A DNA stretch of 63,589 bases, filler included, from Octopus bimaculoides (lineage: Eukaryota): assembly GCF_001194135.2 (NCBI RefSeq). It is 6 parts of 5 records of this genome, joined end to end, with 100 filler letters (N's around TTAATTAATTAA, not from the genome) between each part and the next. Parts side by side here need not be neighbours in the genome. Positions count along the whole stretch, not along the records: positions 12,423 to 31,182 come from NC_068992.1; positions 31,283 to 35,474 come from NC_068988.1; positions 35,575 to 52,291 come from NC_068981.1; 3 more parts are not named here. The stretch is one strand, 5' to 3'. The stretch's first letter is position 1. Each line of letters begins with the position of its first letter. The notes below the pieces were generated by a model, which worked only from the letters and a program-made list of their open reading frames with translations, was not told the DNA's origin and did not search any database. Both the position numbers and the translations under genes were made by a program. Of the stretch, positions 26,040 through 41,095 are shown in pieces.

Positions 26040-27150
26040 TTACACTTAAGCTGTGTGAAATAACTTAGACGTACTGTACCAGAAATTCAAAGAGCAGATC
26101 GGTACAATATTTCGATTGTAGAAAATCGTTAATAACAAGATATACTTTGCAACATACACTGTAATTAGATGAATTTTGAGTAGTCATGTAACCACTCTCC
26201 CAGTTTTCCGACTATTCCGAGTGTTCGTAGCTGGTGATATATCATCCCATAATATTCTCGGAATCTACACGCATTTTTTTTAGTCTAGTTTACTTTTTTC
26301 CCACCCAACGTTTCTATCATTATATTTAATTATATTTATCTGTATAATTGAAAACATGATAGTATTGTAAATGTGTTTTAAATACTGATTGTGTGTTGTG
26401 AATAGTCTTTGCATCTATATCATGCCTCAGGGGTAGGTAGTATCTCGTAGATATTTTGGGGGTAGCTGCTGAAGATGTGGGTGATATCTTTCATACTGGT
26501 ATAGTAGAGCGCATTTTTTTTTATCACAATGTGGATGTTTGGAGGTATATTTGTCCCTTTTGTGTATCAAGTATTTAGTAGCTATCTTCTGATAGCGAAG
26601 ACAAATCCTTCTAGAAGGGATATAATGTATCTATCGCAGGTCCAGGAGAGGCTACTCTTCCTTTCAATGCTGTTGTTGCCTTCTAGTTTACGGGATATAT
26701 ACTCATGCATTGCTTTAGGTTTGTATGACGCCTGCTTTTCGTCCAAGCTTCTGCTTAGTTAGGCCAGTCCAACCTCCTTTGGGTCGCATGAGTTGTATTC
26801 TCAGAGTAACGGCACAGTAGTTCTCCAACTCAGAAGATGTTGTGGCTCCCACTTTTAAGTATACATAAAATGTACTCATTTCTTTCTTTACTCTTCAGCA
26901 GATGTTGTCTGAGTGATACAATGCGAAATTCAAATGTTGTCGCTCTTAATGTGGAAGTTGCTAATGGTGATCAGTACCTTTCTGGTTTTAATGTCCGGGC
27001 TGCGTATCTAATCGAGTGTCCAGTTCGATATCCCAAATGTTGGTACTAGCTCTGGTACTGCAAAACCATTGTGAGATATGATCTTGTTAAATGCGGACAT
27101 CTCTGAGTTCCATATTTTCCGGAGTCTACAGAAGTTACTCTTTTGTTAAC
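26040..27150 (-). mobile_element. Decayed R4/Dong-like RLE LINE 3' portion
   Basis: Composite zinc-knuckle region KDITHIFSS.PKISTRYYLPLRHD; C-terminal ISGTV-like motif; many disruptions. Confidence 0.55.
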
Positions 27151-27238
27151 CTGACTTTAGTTACAACACCAAAGTATGCAACATTGTCATCCATTCCAAA
27201 GGAATTGTGGCTTTTATAATTAGAAATGTACGTATTTG

Positions 27239-27289
<51 letters not shown>

Positions 27290-27842
27290 ACACATACATA
27301 TATATACTAGGTGACCCTGTGCCGTAAAAATAACAGCTAATTGTATTTTATATATAATTAAGGTACAAAATAAGGTACATTATAATCACAGATACAAACT
27401 TTCACATACATCCCTTGTACATGCACACACATACACGCATATACTCAGACAGAGTTGAAATACTGCTTGACTTTTCTTTTTAGCGTTGAACATTAACCAT
27501 CCTATTTCCATTGCACACACACACACACACATTCACATACCTCCCTTTTACATACACACACACATACTCACACGGAGATGAAACGCTGATTTTTTCACCC
27601 CTTCCTTCGTTATTCATCTATCACCCATTCCTTTCTCATTCATATGTTGTAAAGGAGAAAAAGATAAGATGCACGACGCGCTCTGTGCCATTTCCTTTCT
27701 CCCATTGCTATTACTTTCTCTCACACTCTCTCAATCAGAGCTATTACTCTCACGACATCTCCTTCACTGAATTGCTATTTTCTCTCCTCTCATTTCACTT
27801 ATACTAACTACTCTTTCTCCTATCCCGTCTCTGTGATTTGGG

Positions 27843-27903
<61 letters not shown>

Positions 27904-27954
27904 ATCAAAGCAACATATAATCATAGATATCATTAATATTTAACATTCTGATTA

Positions 27955-28145
27955 GAGTGGCAAGCTTGCGACACTGTTGACATGCTATTCCGTCCTTTAC
28001 GTTCTGAGTTCATATTCCGCAAAAGGTCGACTTTACTTTTGGGGTCGATAAAATAAGTACCAGTTGAGAACTGGTGTCGATGTAATCGATTTAGCCCCCA
28101 CCCCCAAAATTGCTGGCCTTTTGTCAAAATTTAAAACCAATATTA
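27955..28145 (+). mobile_element. Nin/Deu-like SINE (degenerate)
   Basis: ctttacgttctgagttcatattcc...ggggtcgataaaataagtaccagttgag...tcgatgtaatcgat...gctggcctt. Confidence 0.7.
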
Positions 28146-30992
28146 CTTCTGACTTCATATACTGCCTGATGCAATGTATAATATATTCCAACTTATACAT
28201 ATCTACAGTCTTTTTTAATCGCTTTCAATTTTCTATTTAACAAATGTTTTATAATGGGATAATGTTACAACTGTCTTCTGCCGCAAAATGTAACATGTTA
28301 TAAACGTTCCTATATCGTGCATTATTTCTTCGGGCTTCAACCGAAGAATTTATCAAGTTATTTCACACTTCTCACTTATCTCAGACTTTAATAGGACTTC
28401 AAGTATAGCAGTCTTCACACAAATAATGTATTTCTTCAAACCATAGAAATGTCATTTACATTTGTGACATTCAAATAATAGAATTCTCTGATAAGACAAT
28501 TTGAAAGAGCCACTGCATTCTTGCAAAGGGTTCTTAGTTCAAGTGAAGTGAACGTGTTGCTTTGAAAGTATCGAAAGGAATGTTAATTATAAGAATCAAT
28601 ATAAAACACTTACAGCAGAATCCAGTTTAAATGTGACTAAGTAAGCAAATTCCCTGTGTTTTGTAACTTCTACTTCATTGAGTAATAAAGTAAAGTTGAT
28701 ATAATCGTATCAGCGTCGTTTGTTTCAAGTAGTCGCACTGTTTAATATTCTAAAACTAGACACAGATAGATAGATAGAGAGAGAGAAAGACAGGGAGAGA
28801 GACAGAAAGAGAGATAGACAGAGAGAGGAAGAGAATTTAATCGGCTCGAGTTTGTTCGTGGTATTAGTGCTTCATAGAATTAGTGCTATTGTTAGCGACA
28901 GATAACAATAGTGTACCCGGAAGATGGTATGTGCCTAATCGGAATCGTAACAATTTTTAAATTAACTACTTCCCAACTATCAGAATGTGCACTGAAGCAG
29001 TAATATATATGGTTTTATAAGTTATTTACTGATATAAAGTCGCACCTATTGTAATATATCGAATCTGTGTGTGGCATTTACTGGCCTGCAACATACAAGT
29101 CATTAGCTAACCAATGAATTGAACCAGTTTCGATTCTCAGTTTAAGATAATAAATTCGTTAACACCCATAATGCCATCGTTCTCTAAATGAAATATTTCG
29201 CTGTTGTAAAATTTATGAAATTGTTGGTTCTAACATAGAAACGATTGACGTTGCTCAAGGGAAAAAATAAACAGCTTCCTGAAGGTGGCGTGGTTGTCCA
29301 CTGAAAACCTCATTTGGATGTATTTCACACCATTCTTGGCACTAATACAACTGAAAAAGCTACAGGTGGTGTACCTCAAATTATGCCACAAAAATACTGT
29401 TGGTGTTGAATAACGCCAAGTGAGGAATAATAGAATGGCTAGGTACGAAATAGAAACCCATTGGAAGAAACATAAGGGAAATACTTTTTTCCATTAACGT
29501 TTCTAATATATACAGTATAGTATTTTAGCTATCATATACAGACAACTTGTTTCGGAAGAGGTCATATGGAAACAGAATAGAGATGATCAAATAGTACATA
29601 AGTAGGCTGGAGGGAACAAGTAGGGACATATAGGCGAAAAGGTACAATAGATGTCACAGTGGGACGCAATCACCAAAAAGGAAGATGTAAAATTTTTACC
29701 GTATTCTTTGCACCTACAACTACAATTGCTCCCTACCACTAGCTTACCACTATATGATCTGTGCGAGCCTGTGGAGATGGAGGATCCCCACTCTTGCATC
29801 AATCGTAGTTGTGAATCAATCGATCGATTTGTCTATTCACTAATGCTGATTATCTTAATCGTGCCTGTGATCATATTCAGTCTTTTAGAGTGAATATTTA
29901 GGAATTGTTCACCGTTATTAGTATTTTTATTTCTGTGTGAGGTATAATTATGGTCACGAACATGATCGATGGTGTTATTTGTCCTATGGTGCTACTCTGA
30001 AGAAAATCAATGTCCTTTTTCATTGCAAAACTCAGACTGTTACTCTGAAACCAGGTCAGTACATGGCAAACAGTAGGAGTAAATCAAGTTAATACTTTAT
30101 TCCGATACTTTCAAATATTAGATGTATTATAAATGTATACAAGATAGTCTTGGTGACCTGAGAGCTAGTATACCACCCGCCATTTAACGTTGCTTCTATG
30201 GTAGGGTCAAATATTTAGTCTATGAATTCGATGCAGGAAACAAATTCGGAAAATATGATGGTAAAGGTTAGAAATGCAGCAAGGTTGTGCAACGGTTGTA
30301 TTTAGTGTAATGCCATGAGCATGTATTGTGAGTCTTTTTTTTTAAGGGAAATATGTTAAATGATTTCAAGGGCGAAATCCTCTGGAGTGTTTCATGCTGC
30401 ACATTAGGTTGTAAAGACTTAGTGCAGCAATTTGTCTGGGTTTTAGAGGTTGTGACAGGCCAGTTGTAGTTTGAAGTATGCATATGTACGGGATGCATAA
30501 TTTTATACATGTTATAAAGCTGGACCCTAGAATTAACTATTTCAACTGTGTAAATTTGAATCAGAGGAATGATTTTGTCAGTTTGGTTTGGGAATGTCTG
30601 TAGTATCTGTAGATTATCATTTTTGGTTTAATAAAGGCAAAGTGTATGCTGTTACTTTTATAATTCACCAAAAATAAAGTTAATGTTTTTGCAGAGTTTG
30701 ACAATTCCGCTTTTTATGACCAACGGAAGTGATTCGCGCATAACTTATAACGTATTGTTGAATACAACGGTCATAATTCCACAAGTAAATGCATAGACAT
30801 TTATAAAGAAAAGAAAATTTAAATTTAAGTTTTCAGCTATAAATTGAATGCTAGGTTTGAATTTTATAACTATTTCGTGTACGTGACATTTAATTTTGGG
30901 TCAGAATATTTTTTTAACATTGGTTCTTGATTTGAATATATGGATATAGCTCGTTCTGATTTGAGAAATGTAATTTATCTGCGCTGTATGTT

Positions 30993-31144
<152 letters not shown>

Positions 31145-31931
31145 TAGTTTTATTTTTATAACGTGCTTTCACTTCACTACCGNNNNNNNNNNNNNNNNNN
31201 NNNNNNNNNNNNNNNNNNNNNNNNNNTTAATTAATTAANNNNNNNNNNNNNNNNNNNNNNNNNNNNNNNNNNNNNNNNNNNNGAGCAATGTGTATGTTGT
31301 TGTCACAGTTCATGTATGTGTGGTTGTGTGTGTTTTTACGTATCTATGTTATGAAAAATAGGTAAAGAATACTGAGATGAAAGTTTAATCTATGACGTTG
31401 TATGTATCACTTTCTCTCTCTCTCCCTCTTTTACTTTTACTCTCTATATTTTTATGTTGAGCGCGTGTGTAAGATTGGCGTTCCAGGTAGCAGGGATGAA
31501 ATATAAAAGTTGCTAGAAACAACAGCCAAATCTCCCTTAAATCACACAAAGTAAACGGAATTTAAAAAATCTAATTTCTGCATTGGAAAGTTCAGATCGA
31601 GAAAATTCCATTGATGTTAAAATTTTTTACGAAAAAGTGGAAAATGTGGATTTCTATAAACATTCAAAAAGGCTTCACACAAACACACAATTTCAGATTT
31701 ATATATTAAGATAGACAGACAGACACAGACAGAGAGATCGCTTTGCCTGTTTTACACCAATCTTCATTAGGTTGAACTCAAAACGTGAGGTCACCTTTGT
31801 CCTTCATTTTTTTCGTGGTGAAAGCGAAGTCCAGACGATTTTCTGTGACTTGTTCCCTGTTTTTGTTTTCTACACAAATACCCACAAACACACAACCACA
31901 CCCACACGTACGCGCGCAGGTACACATACAC

Positions 31932-31964
<33 letters not shown>

Positions 31965-34900
31965 AACACACACACACTCACACACACACATGTGGCGTGT
32001 GGCTCCAGTGGGATTCCAAACCAAATCCCTCACGAATTCTATTGATGGTCCTTTACATATCTAGGCTATGGCTTTGCTAGAAATTTTATTTTGATCAATT
32101 TATGTATTATAACATAACATTAATTGCTGCCTTTAATCAATTATATTCTTTTCTTCCTAAAGATTAACAATAGGTGCCAGATCTGCGATTTGAGAACTTG
32201 ATATTCTGATACTCTGTTTCCTACAGACATACAACATATATCTTGATATGTCTCTGCATTTTAACCTCTTCCTATCGCCTACACTCTCACTCACGGTGGC
32301 ACCTCAAGTGTTCTTTGGCGTGGTCAGCCTTTCTTTAATTAAAACTTTAAAATAAAAGCTTACGAATAATCATTTATAAAAGTAACTTAATCTTCTTTTA
32401 TAATTACTCGTTATCAGTCGTTTTGTTCACTTTTATACGGGTAGTATAGATTTCGGATAGTCGATTACAATCAGCCACGTGTATGATAGTGTTATACAAG
32501 TGCAGACAATTCTGCGCCTGACGTAAATATACTTTAACGTTTATCTTCCATTATACGCTTCGTTGAATTATTTACATTCAACTGAGACAAGTGATCTTTT
32601 CTTTCCTAATCAATCATGCCATTCATACACACTGATTCCCTCTAAAATACAGAGACTATTGGTTTTAAGTCCGAATCACCGAAATTGTATGTTACTCACA
32701 GTCTTGAAACGATGATACAAAACTGGCGGTAAATCTTTACTTATTACATGAAAATTGCAGAAAATCGTGCTTTTGAATTTGTCTACTGAAATACAAGATG
32801 TAAATTCAGGATTAGGGAAACATTATATAAACTATAGACACCTATGTTCCGTGGTTCCACCAATCTTTAATAATCTATCATTTATTTGAGGCAGTGTTAT
32901 GCAGTGCGTATAACGATACAAGGCACTGATACATGCTTATTTTGAAGTGGTTGACAATCATTCTGAACACCTTTAAGTATATAACTCTTATAGATAATAT
33001 CGATTGGAAGAAAATCAGAGTTTGTTTCCATTGCATGGAGCAGACAGTAGTACACAGTAAGAAAGAGGAACAGACTGGTCGAATATATTTTTCCATTGAC
33101 GACGAAAAACGACATCATGGTGCAAATAGTCTTCAGTCTGAATGACACCCTAACAATATCGAACAAGTACATTAGGATATCCGTTGTATTGGGGAAAATG
33201 GCAAAAATATATGATTCCGTAGTATTAGAGTGACCCTTCATTGAAATGAAATCTCACGATGTAACACTTTAATTCCAAGAGGGGATGATAATGAACTATT
33301 ATGTATTAGGGAATAATAAAAGAATCAGTTATTAATTGATATAACTCTCTGTCTAGTGTGTAAAAAAAAACATTTAACGTGCTTATTGATTATGATCGAT
33401 AAATTGCATTTATCAGAAGCAATACAATTCTCAAATGAATTTAGTTAAAACACTGAATATATAAAATCTGAATTTAAGACAGAGCAACAAAGACCAACCC
33501 GTAGTATACATAACATGTGATGAGGTATCATAAACGCAATGGTTTACATAGCTAATACTTTCGCAAACTTGTGGCTTTCATCTGTGTATGAATTGGATGT
33601 CCAGGTCCAGTTAGAATGTTGCAGTAGAATCAATAGCATTCCCTATACAAGAACTAACAGTCAACCCTAGATATATTAAAAGGAACATCCACAATTGATA
33701 TAATGTAAATACATTCTAATTTCGGAAGACATTCAGCAAGGCAGTTCTTTACGCAAGCAAGGATAGCATACATAAAATAAACGAAAAGAAATAGCAATAA
33801 ACTGTATGTTATTACTGGTTTAATGTTTAATGCAAAACTAGATTTTCGTTTATATATATAAAAAAAACATTTTTTTATAATCTTATCTTTAAAACTACTT
33901 TCTTCATGGCATAAATGATATACAACTATATTTGTTACAAAACTATCAATACATTTGAAAAAAAAGACCTATTACGACGTACTATTTCATAAAATATATT
34001 AGACAGCTAATAGTATAAATTACAATAACGGTATAATAAGTTGATTTTATATCCTGAAGAATAATGGGAAAATGCATTATGTTGAATTTGTGAATGAATA
34101 TGCGATGTTTTATTATAGCTATATCAGCAAATACAATAAGAAATATTTAAAACAAAAGAATTTCTAATACATTGAAAAAAATCTGACATATTAATAAAAT
34201 AAACTAGATTCATTCGGAAAGAAACTCAATAGGCAGCATTTTCTGTAGAAGCAGCGATAGAAATATTAAATCAATAAAAGAATTATTCATATTACTGAAC
34301 AGAGAAATAGAGAGGGCTATACATAATAACTATATACATATGCAAACTTATGTTTGTGTGTGAATTCTTGCATACATATTTACGGATATATGCGCATGTA
34401 GTTTGCAAGGTAGATCATTTAAGCAAAGGGATGGAACAGTTATTAAATCTACGTTAGGGGTTCTCATTGATCTGTCATCCTTGAATAACATAGGGAAGGA
34501 ATTTTCACAAAGTCAGCAGCATGATGTGCACAGTATGCATGAAATTGACACATTGAATGACAAAACAAACACCTAATTACAGAAATTCAACAAGTAGGTC
34601 AATATAAATACGGTTCATAGCAATACATTATTCCATTTCTTGACATAAATACCTAACGAGAAAATAACTAATGTCATTATTCTATTTGAGCGAATGTCAA
34701 CAAAAATACATAATGTCTCTGTTAAAATCCCTATTTAGGGAAGCAATTACATTCCCCTGTATTAACGAAGCCCAATATAAGGAAACGCAGGAAAGGAAAA
34801 CAGACACTAAACCAATAACTGACGTCAGTTTCAGCAAATTCCGTTGCCATCATCAGTCTTAATATTTGGTCGGCAGTTTTCGGACAATTTTGGATCCTGT

Positions 34901-35254
34901 TAATATACACGTTTTCTCTCATGTGTGTTAACTGCACCATTAGAGTATTTTTGCTCATATTTCTAGCAATTTCTAGCTTTTTCATAAAATATATATGTAT
35001 GTATACACGCATGTATGTATATATGCATATATGTGTATATATGTATATGTGTATATATATGTATATGTGTATATATGTATATGTATATGTATGCATGCAT
35101 ATATGTGCACATATGTATGTATGCATATATGTATGTATCTATATATGTATATGTATGTATGCATGTATATGTGTATATATGTGTATGCATTTATATATGT
35201 ATATTTATATGCATGTATATATGTATATACGGTGCAGTATAAGATATGACCCCT

Positions 35255-35473
35255 ATTCCTGCCTAATGGCTCACTGACTGCAGATCCCACATGGATAAGT
35301 GAAGTGCTCAGTACACAATTCAAGAGTGTCTTCACCTCTCCTCTGAGTCACATGCAGATAAAGAACCCAGCTGATTTTTTTGACAATAGCACTCAGCAGA
35401 AGGGGACTGCATCCATTACCTACATCGACATTGAGGAGGAGGATGTGATAGCTGCCATAAATGAAATGAGCTC
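35255..35473 (+). mobile_element. CR1-group LINE ORF2 fragment running into a gap
   Basis: SEVLSTQFKSVFTSPL...IDIEEEDVIAAINEMSS, the typical region preceding the SAAGPDG motif. Confidence 0.6.
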
Positions 35474-35822
35474 ANNNNNNNNNNNNNNNNNNNNNNNNNN
35501 NNNNNNNNNNNNNNNNNNTTAATTAATTAANNNNNNNNNNNNNNNNNNNNNNNNNNNNNNNNNNNNNNNNNNNNATATATACACATACATACATATACAA
35601 ATATATGGATATATATATATACATGACATGTACATATATACATACATGTGTATATCTATATACATACACACTCAAATATACATGTATGTATGTTTGTATA
35701 TATTATGCCTGCGGCCATTCTCTTTTAGTTTCGACAGCATATTTACATGTGTGTGTACACACAAACTTATATATACATACACCCAAGCACGCACACAAAC
35801 TCACCCAGTCCTATATACATAC

Positions 35823-35876
<54 letters not shown>

Positions 35877-36254
35877 TTATAGATATGTATTTATGTATGC
35901 ATACGTTTATACAAACATAATAATATGTGCAAATGTGAATATAATTATCCTAGTGACATGTGATGCAAACGTTAACATTTCCATGTACATGTATGGTCTT
36001 TCATGTGTAGGAATGTTTGCATGTATGTGTGTGAATCTGCATGTGTGCGTGTGTGTGTGTATGTGCGTGCGTAGATATAACCGTATATGCATCTGCGTGT
36101 GTATGTGTGTGTATGTGTGTGTTTGTGTGAGTGTGTGTATAGACGAGAAAAAGGGTAAGAAGAAAACAGAGAGAAAGAGAGAGAGAGAGTGAGAGAAAAA
36201 GAGAGATAACTGGTAGAAGCAAAACTGAGAGATTGATATACTGGTGTAAGAGTA

Positions 36255-36296
<42 letters not shown>

Positions 36297-36910
36297 TTAT
36301 ATATATATACTTATATATATATAGGAGATAGGAGAGACAGGGGGAGGCTTGTGTTGTCTGTCGTCTTTGAATTGTTGTTACTGCTGCTGCGACTGCTGCT
36401 GATGTTAATTCTTTTGAAGGGAAGCGGGGAATCAGTTGGAAATTGGATTTCAGCAGATCTAGAACTGTGTGCGTTTATCAGTTGAATGAAATATGTATGC
36501 ATGTATATACGTATACAAGTGTGCATGTATGTGTGTTTGTGTGTATGAATGCATGTATACCTCTGTCTGTGTGCATACATACATACATGTATGCATGCAT
36601 ATATACTTCTGTCTGTGTGCATACATACATACATGTATGTGTATACGAATGTAAGCATGTATGTATATTGTTAGTATGTTTCATATGCATACATGCATAC
36701 ATGTATACATTTATACAACATGGATGGCTGGCTGGACAGATGGATGGACGGATGGATTGACGGATGAATGGATGTATACATGCATATATGAATGTATACA
36801 TGTACGTGTGTGTGTGTATATGTAAGAGAGAGAGACAGTGAGAGACTATTTTTAATGCAATATGTTTGTGGCCATTGGTGTGTGCTGTACGTTTTTGCTA
36901 TTTTTCTGTG

Positions 36911-36942
<32 letters not shown>

Positions 36943-37249
36943 TGTATGTATGTAGGCAGGCAGGTAGGTAGGTAGGTAGGTAGGTAGGTAGGTGTGTGTA
37001 AAAAGCATGTAAAGGAAAAAGTACTTTGGAGTGGAATAGCGTGGTACATATGTATATGTGGATGTGTTTATGTGTGTATATGTGTGTGTGCGCATGCGTG
37101 CGTGGTTATGTGAATGCGTCCATGTGCGCGTGAGTGACTGTGCGTGTCTCTGTGTGTCTGGTTGATGTGTATGTAATGTGTATGAACGTGTATGCCTATG
37201 TATGAGCGTGTGTGTAGCTCGTGCGTGAGAGAATAATGTCCTTACAATA

Positions 37250-37645
37250 AAACTACAAGCACCACCACCACCACCACCACCACCATCACAGCCACCGTCA
37301 CCACCACTTGCACGGCATTACCGCCACCAACAGTACCACCACCCTCGCCATCACAGATTCTGCTACAACCCATTATACAGCTTCATCCCCACCACTACCA
37401 CCACCACCACAACAACAACAACAACAACAACATTATAGCTTTAAAGACTACTACCCTTACTACTGTAACCAACTACTTCATTTGTTTCACCACTGCTACT
37501 ATCACCTATACAAGTGTTGCAGTACCACCACCACCAACAACAACAACAACAACACCAACAACAACACCACCACTACAACCACCACTACCATCACCAACAC
37601 CACCACAACCACCACCACCACTACCGCCACCACCATCACCACCAC
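37250..37645. repeat. Cryptic CAC/CAA/ACT trinucleotide low-complexity tract (similar tracts at 37905-38090, 38600-38780, 52040-52291, 61070-61220)
   Basis: Directly visible mixed triplet runs; they explain the poly-H/Q/T/V ORFs. Confidence 0.9.
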
Positions 37646-38137
37646 TTGCACGAGTCGAATGAACAAAGGTGTTTCTATGTGGTTACTCGACCTGCTGGAT
37701 ATAGCAGCAGCCAAATCTCCCTCTCGTAATAGTCAACCGTTTTAGAGAAGGACGCATTGGACAATGTGCCCATGGGTTCTTCGCACATAGGAAAAGAACG
37801 GAATTGTCACGGCTGGATTGTCTTTCATAGTTCTGCTCCATCTGGGCTGACCTGAGACAAAGCAGCAACGATTTGCAGAAAATCCACAAGTACTGCTTAC
37901 GCTACTATACTCTCATCACTACCACTACCACCTCCACCTCCACCACCACCATCACCACTACAGATCCACGAATACCATTAGATCACCACCACCACCACCA
38001 CCACCACCACTGTAAGACAGCAGCAGCAGCACCACAACGCCACCCACACCATAACACCACCCAAAGAGTATCACTGTCACCACCCCCACGGGTGGGGTAG
38101 CTCTTCACCACCTATCCCTATATCTCTACATATATTG

Positions 38138-38565
38138 GTTTTAATTTGGGGTGAAAGACCAGCAAGTTCGGGAGAGAGGGTCAGTCGATTACATCGACCC
38201 CAGTGTTTAACAGCTATTTATTTTACCGACCCCGAAAGGATTAAAGGCAAAGTCGACCTCGGCAGAATTTGAACTCAGCAGGTAAAGACGGACAAAATGC
38301 CGCTAAGCATTTCGACCGGCGTGATAACGTTTCTTATTTCTTTATTGCCCACAAGGGGCTAAACATAGAGGGGACAAACAAGGACAGACAAAGGGATTAA
38401 GTCGACTACATCGACCCCAGTGCGTAACTGGTACTTAATTTATCGACCCCGTAAGGATGAAAGGCAATGTCGACCTCGGCGAAATTTGAACTCAGAACGT
38501 AGCGGTAGACGAAATACCGCAAAGCATTTCGCCCGGCGTGCTAACGTTTCTGCAATCTCGGCACC
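38138..38565 (-). mobile_element. Dimeric Nin/Deu-like SINE (second copy)
   Basis: Same two-unit layout and same junction (aaataagaaacgtt) as 10449-10878. Confidence 0.85.
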
Positions 38566-39539
38566 TTCATCTTTGCATATATTAACACACCAACTCTATG
38601 ACGAATACAACCACTGCTACCATTACGACATTGACATAACACTTCCACTATCACCACCTACCACCACCACCACCATCACTACTACCACCGCCACCACCAT
38701 CATGAGCACCACCACCACCACCACCACTACTACTATGCTCACTTACCGAAATCAGCATCGCCACTACCAGTCACACTAACGTCAAGTATCCATCACACAG
38801 GATCCTCAACAGAGTCACTCGACTTGCAAGAAATAGCAACCAAATCGTTCTCAAATCGCGTCCTATCGTCCTAAAACATTATATTTCTGGAAATATAATG
38901 TCTTTAAAAACGCAAGACGATCACGGCTGGAATACACAGTAGCATAGTTAGAGAGAGGGGCGGTCCCTCCCTCCAGGGCGATGCAGTCCAATGACTAAAA
39001 CGAGTAAAAGATAAACGATAAATAATCTAGAATTGAAACCGTTCTATCTATTCAGTATTCCTGAATCTTCTCAATCTCTTGTTTTTGAAGGGTTTTTAAT
39101 CATAGTCGGCGTTAGAAAGGGTCACGGGGTTAGAGACAGATTCCTCCATGAACAAACCAAGGCTATGACCAAGTTACAAATTACAGCCTCCCGCTTGAAA
39201 TAGAAGCTAAATTTTAATAAGTTACATCTTACAATTTTAAATAAGGAGTGGAGTGTGTTTGATAATGTAGTCTTTCATATCCTTAGATAGTAAAAGAAGG
39301 AATAGTCGCAGCTGGAGTTTCTTCTGATCATAGGTTTAATCCGAGGCTAAACTGCGGGATTAATCTGATGCTAAACGATATCTCACAACCGCACAGAAAC
39401 TCATCACAAACGCATTGCTGTGCATACGCGTACTCACACAAGCGCGTACGCACGCATACACATACACACAGACACACATGTACACACATGCGTACATACA
39501 GACACACGTGCACACGCACATGAAGAAGAAGCACATGAA

Positions 39540-39822
39540 GGTCCCAGCTGATACGATCAACGGAACAGCTTGCTCGTGAAATTAACGTGCAAGTGGCTGA
39601 GCGCTCCACAGACACGTGTACTCTTAACGTAGTTCTCAGGGAGACTCAGCGTGACACATAGCGTGATAAGGCCGGCCCTTTGAAATACAGGTACTACTAA
39701 TTTTTGCCAGCTGAGTGGACTGCAGCAACGGGAAATAAAGTGTCTTGCTCAAGGACACAACGCGTCGCCGGGAATTGAACTCACGACTTTACGATCGTGA
39801 GTCGAATGCCCTAACCACTAAC
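39540..39822 (-). mobile_element. tRNA-derived SINE, third family (V/Meta-like central domain, assignment uncertain)
   Basis: Head tagtggttagggcattcgactcacgatcg...gagttcaattcc, followed by ttgtgtccttgagcaagacacttta...gtccactcagctggcaaaaa. A remnant of the same family lies at about 48660-48780. Confidence 0.7.
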
Positions 39823-40404
39823 CACCCGCCGTCACATACACAGGTACACGTACACACACCTCAGCACGTAATATGCACACGTACACAAATACATACGCGT
39901 GCACACACACTCACACCATACACACATAGACATACATACATACATACATACATACATACATACATACATACATACATACATAGATGTGTGCACACACGTA
40001 TGCAAACTCATAATATATACACACACACATACCCATTGCTATTCTTGTGGTTGCCCCTCTTATTCGGCGATAACCATCTTGCCCTTTATTGGTAAGCTAT
40101 CGATATCTTGTCTTATGGTCATTCCACACCAGTTTCTCTTTCCATTTTGGATCATTTGATCATGATTGAACTTCTTAAAGAGTGATGACGTTGGGCACTG
40201 CTACATTACGACCGGAGCGACGTAAAAACTATTGCCGATGTTACACCTACCATGTTCTTTACACGAGCGAAGAAACTACAGAAATGCTGGTATTCCATCC
40301 TCGCAGATGAGGGTGGTAGTGACAACCAATAACGACAATGACCATTCAAGAGAACCCTTCAATACATCGATTGATAATTTTGAATTTCATTTTAAAATTG
40401 AGCT

Positions 40405-40439
<35 letters not shown>

Positions 40440-40677
40440 TTGACGATCCAGATGCATCAATAACATCATCAAAGTTTTGCCTTCCGTTTCCTCGTGTTCA
40501 GGGTACAGTAAGGCTAAAGCCGATAGTATTTCTTGATTCATTGAAGCTCTCAAATATAATAAGATCGATTTCAACTACTGACAACTGAAATAGTGAACAT
40601 AATTTTAATGGCTGCTCTAACCACAACTGAGGAATTCTTCAGTTTTAGAAATCTGTGCGTTTAGGCGACTTTTTAGA

Positions 40678-40824
40678 ATACAGTTCTATATTTAAGAGAT
40701 GAGGAATCATGTACATTATTTACATTATTTATATTTGACAGATATTTGTCCTCATCTTGTTTGTTGTTAACACAACGTTTCGGCTGATACGGTATTTTTT
40801 GATGTTAGGAATGAGAACCCAGGT
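40678..40824 (-). mobile_element. Rearranged fragment of the hammerhead-bearing SINE
   Basis: Minus strand tatcagccgaaacgttgtgttaacaacaaacaagatgaggacaaatatc matches 49596-49645; the adjacent ttaggaatgagaacccaggt is in the opposite orientation. Confidence 0.8.
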
Positions 40825-40944
40825 AAATAATGAACTTTTTAGAAGTATCTTACAATTCAAGATGCTTCCATAAAGTTGCATTCTATCTATACCAGTGCTA
40901 AAAACTATCCAAGGTTGAAGCAAGATCCTTTAAGATATGGTTTT

Positions 40945-41095
40945 TTAATTTCTTTTTGCCAACAAGGGGCTAAACATAGAGGGGACAAACAAGGAAAACA
41001 AAGAGATTAAGTCGATTACATCGACCCCAGTGCGTAACTGGTACTTATTTAATCGACCCCGAAAGGATGAAAGGCAAAGTCGGCGGAATTTGAAA
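40945..41095 (-). mobile_element. 5'-truncated Nin/Deu-like SINE monomer (tail type A)
   Basis: ggggctaaacatagaggggacaaacaagg...gattaagtcgattacatcgaccccagtgcgtaactggtac...ccccgaaaggatgaaaggc. Confidence 0.85.

Noticed and set aside
32878-33241. Overlapping 70-114 aa ORFs on both strands
   Set aside because: No recognisable domain; lengths compatible with chance or a decayed transposon.
34731-37095. Many long ORFs rich in Y/I/H/T/C/V/M
   Set aside because: Translations of TA/CA/TG microsatellite mosaics with no domain content; the same applies to similar ORFs throughout the window and to the X-filled ORFs spanning gaps.
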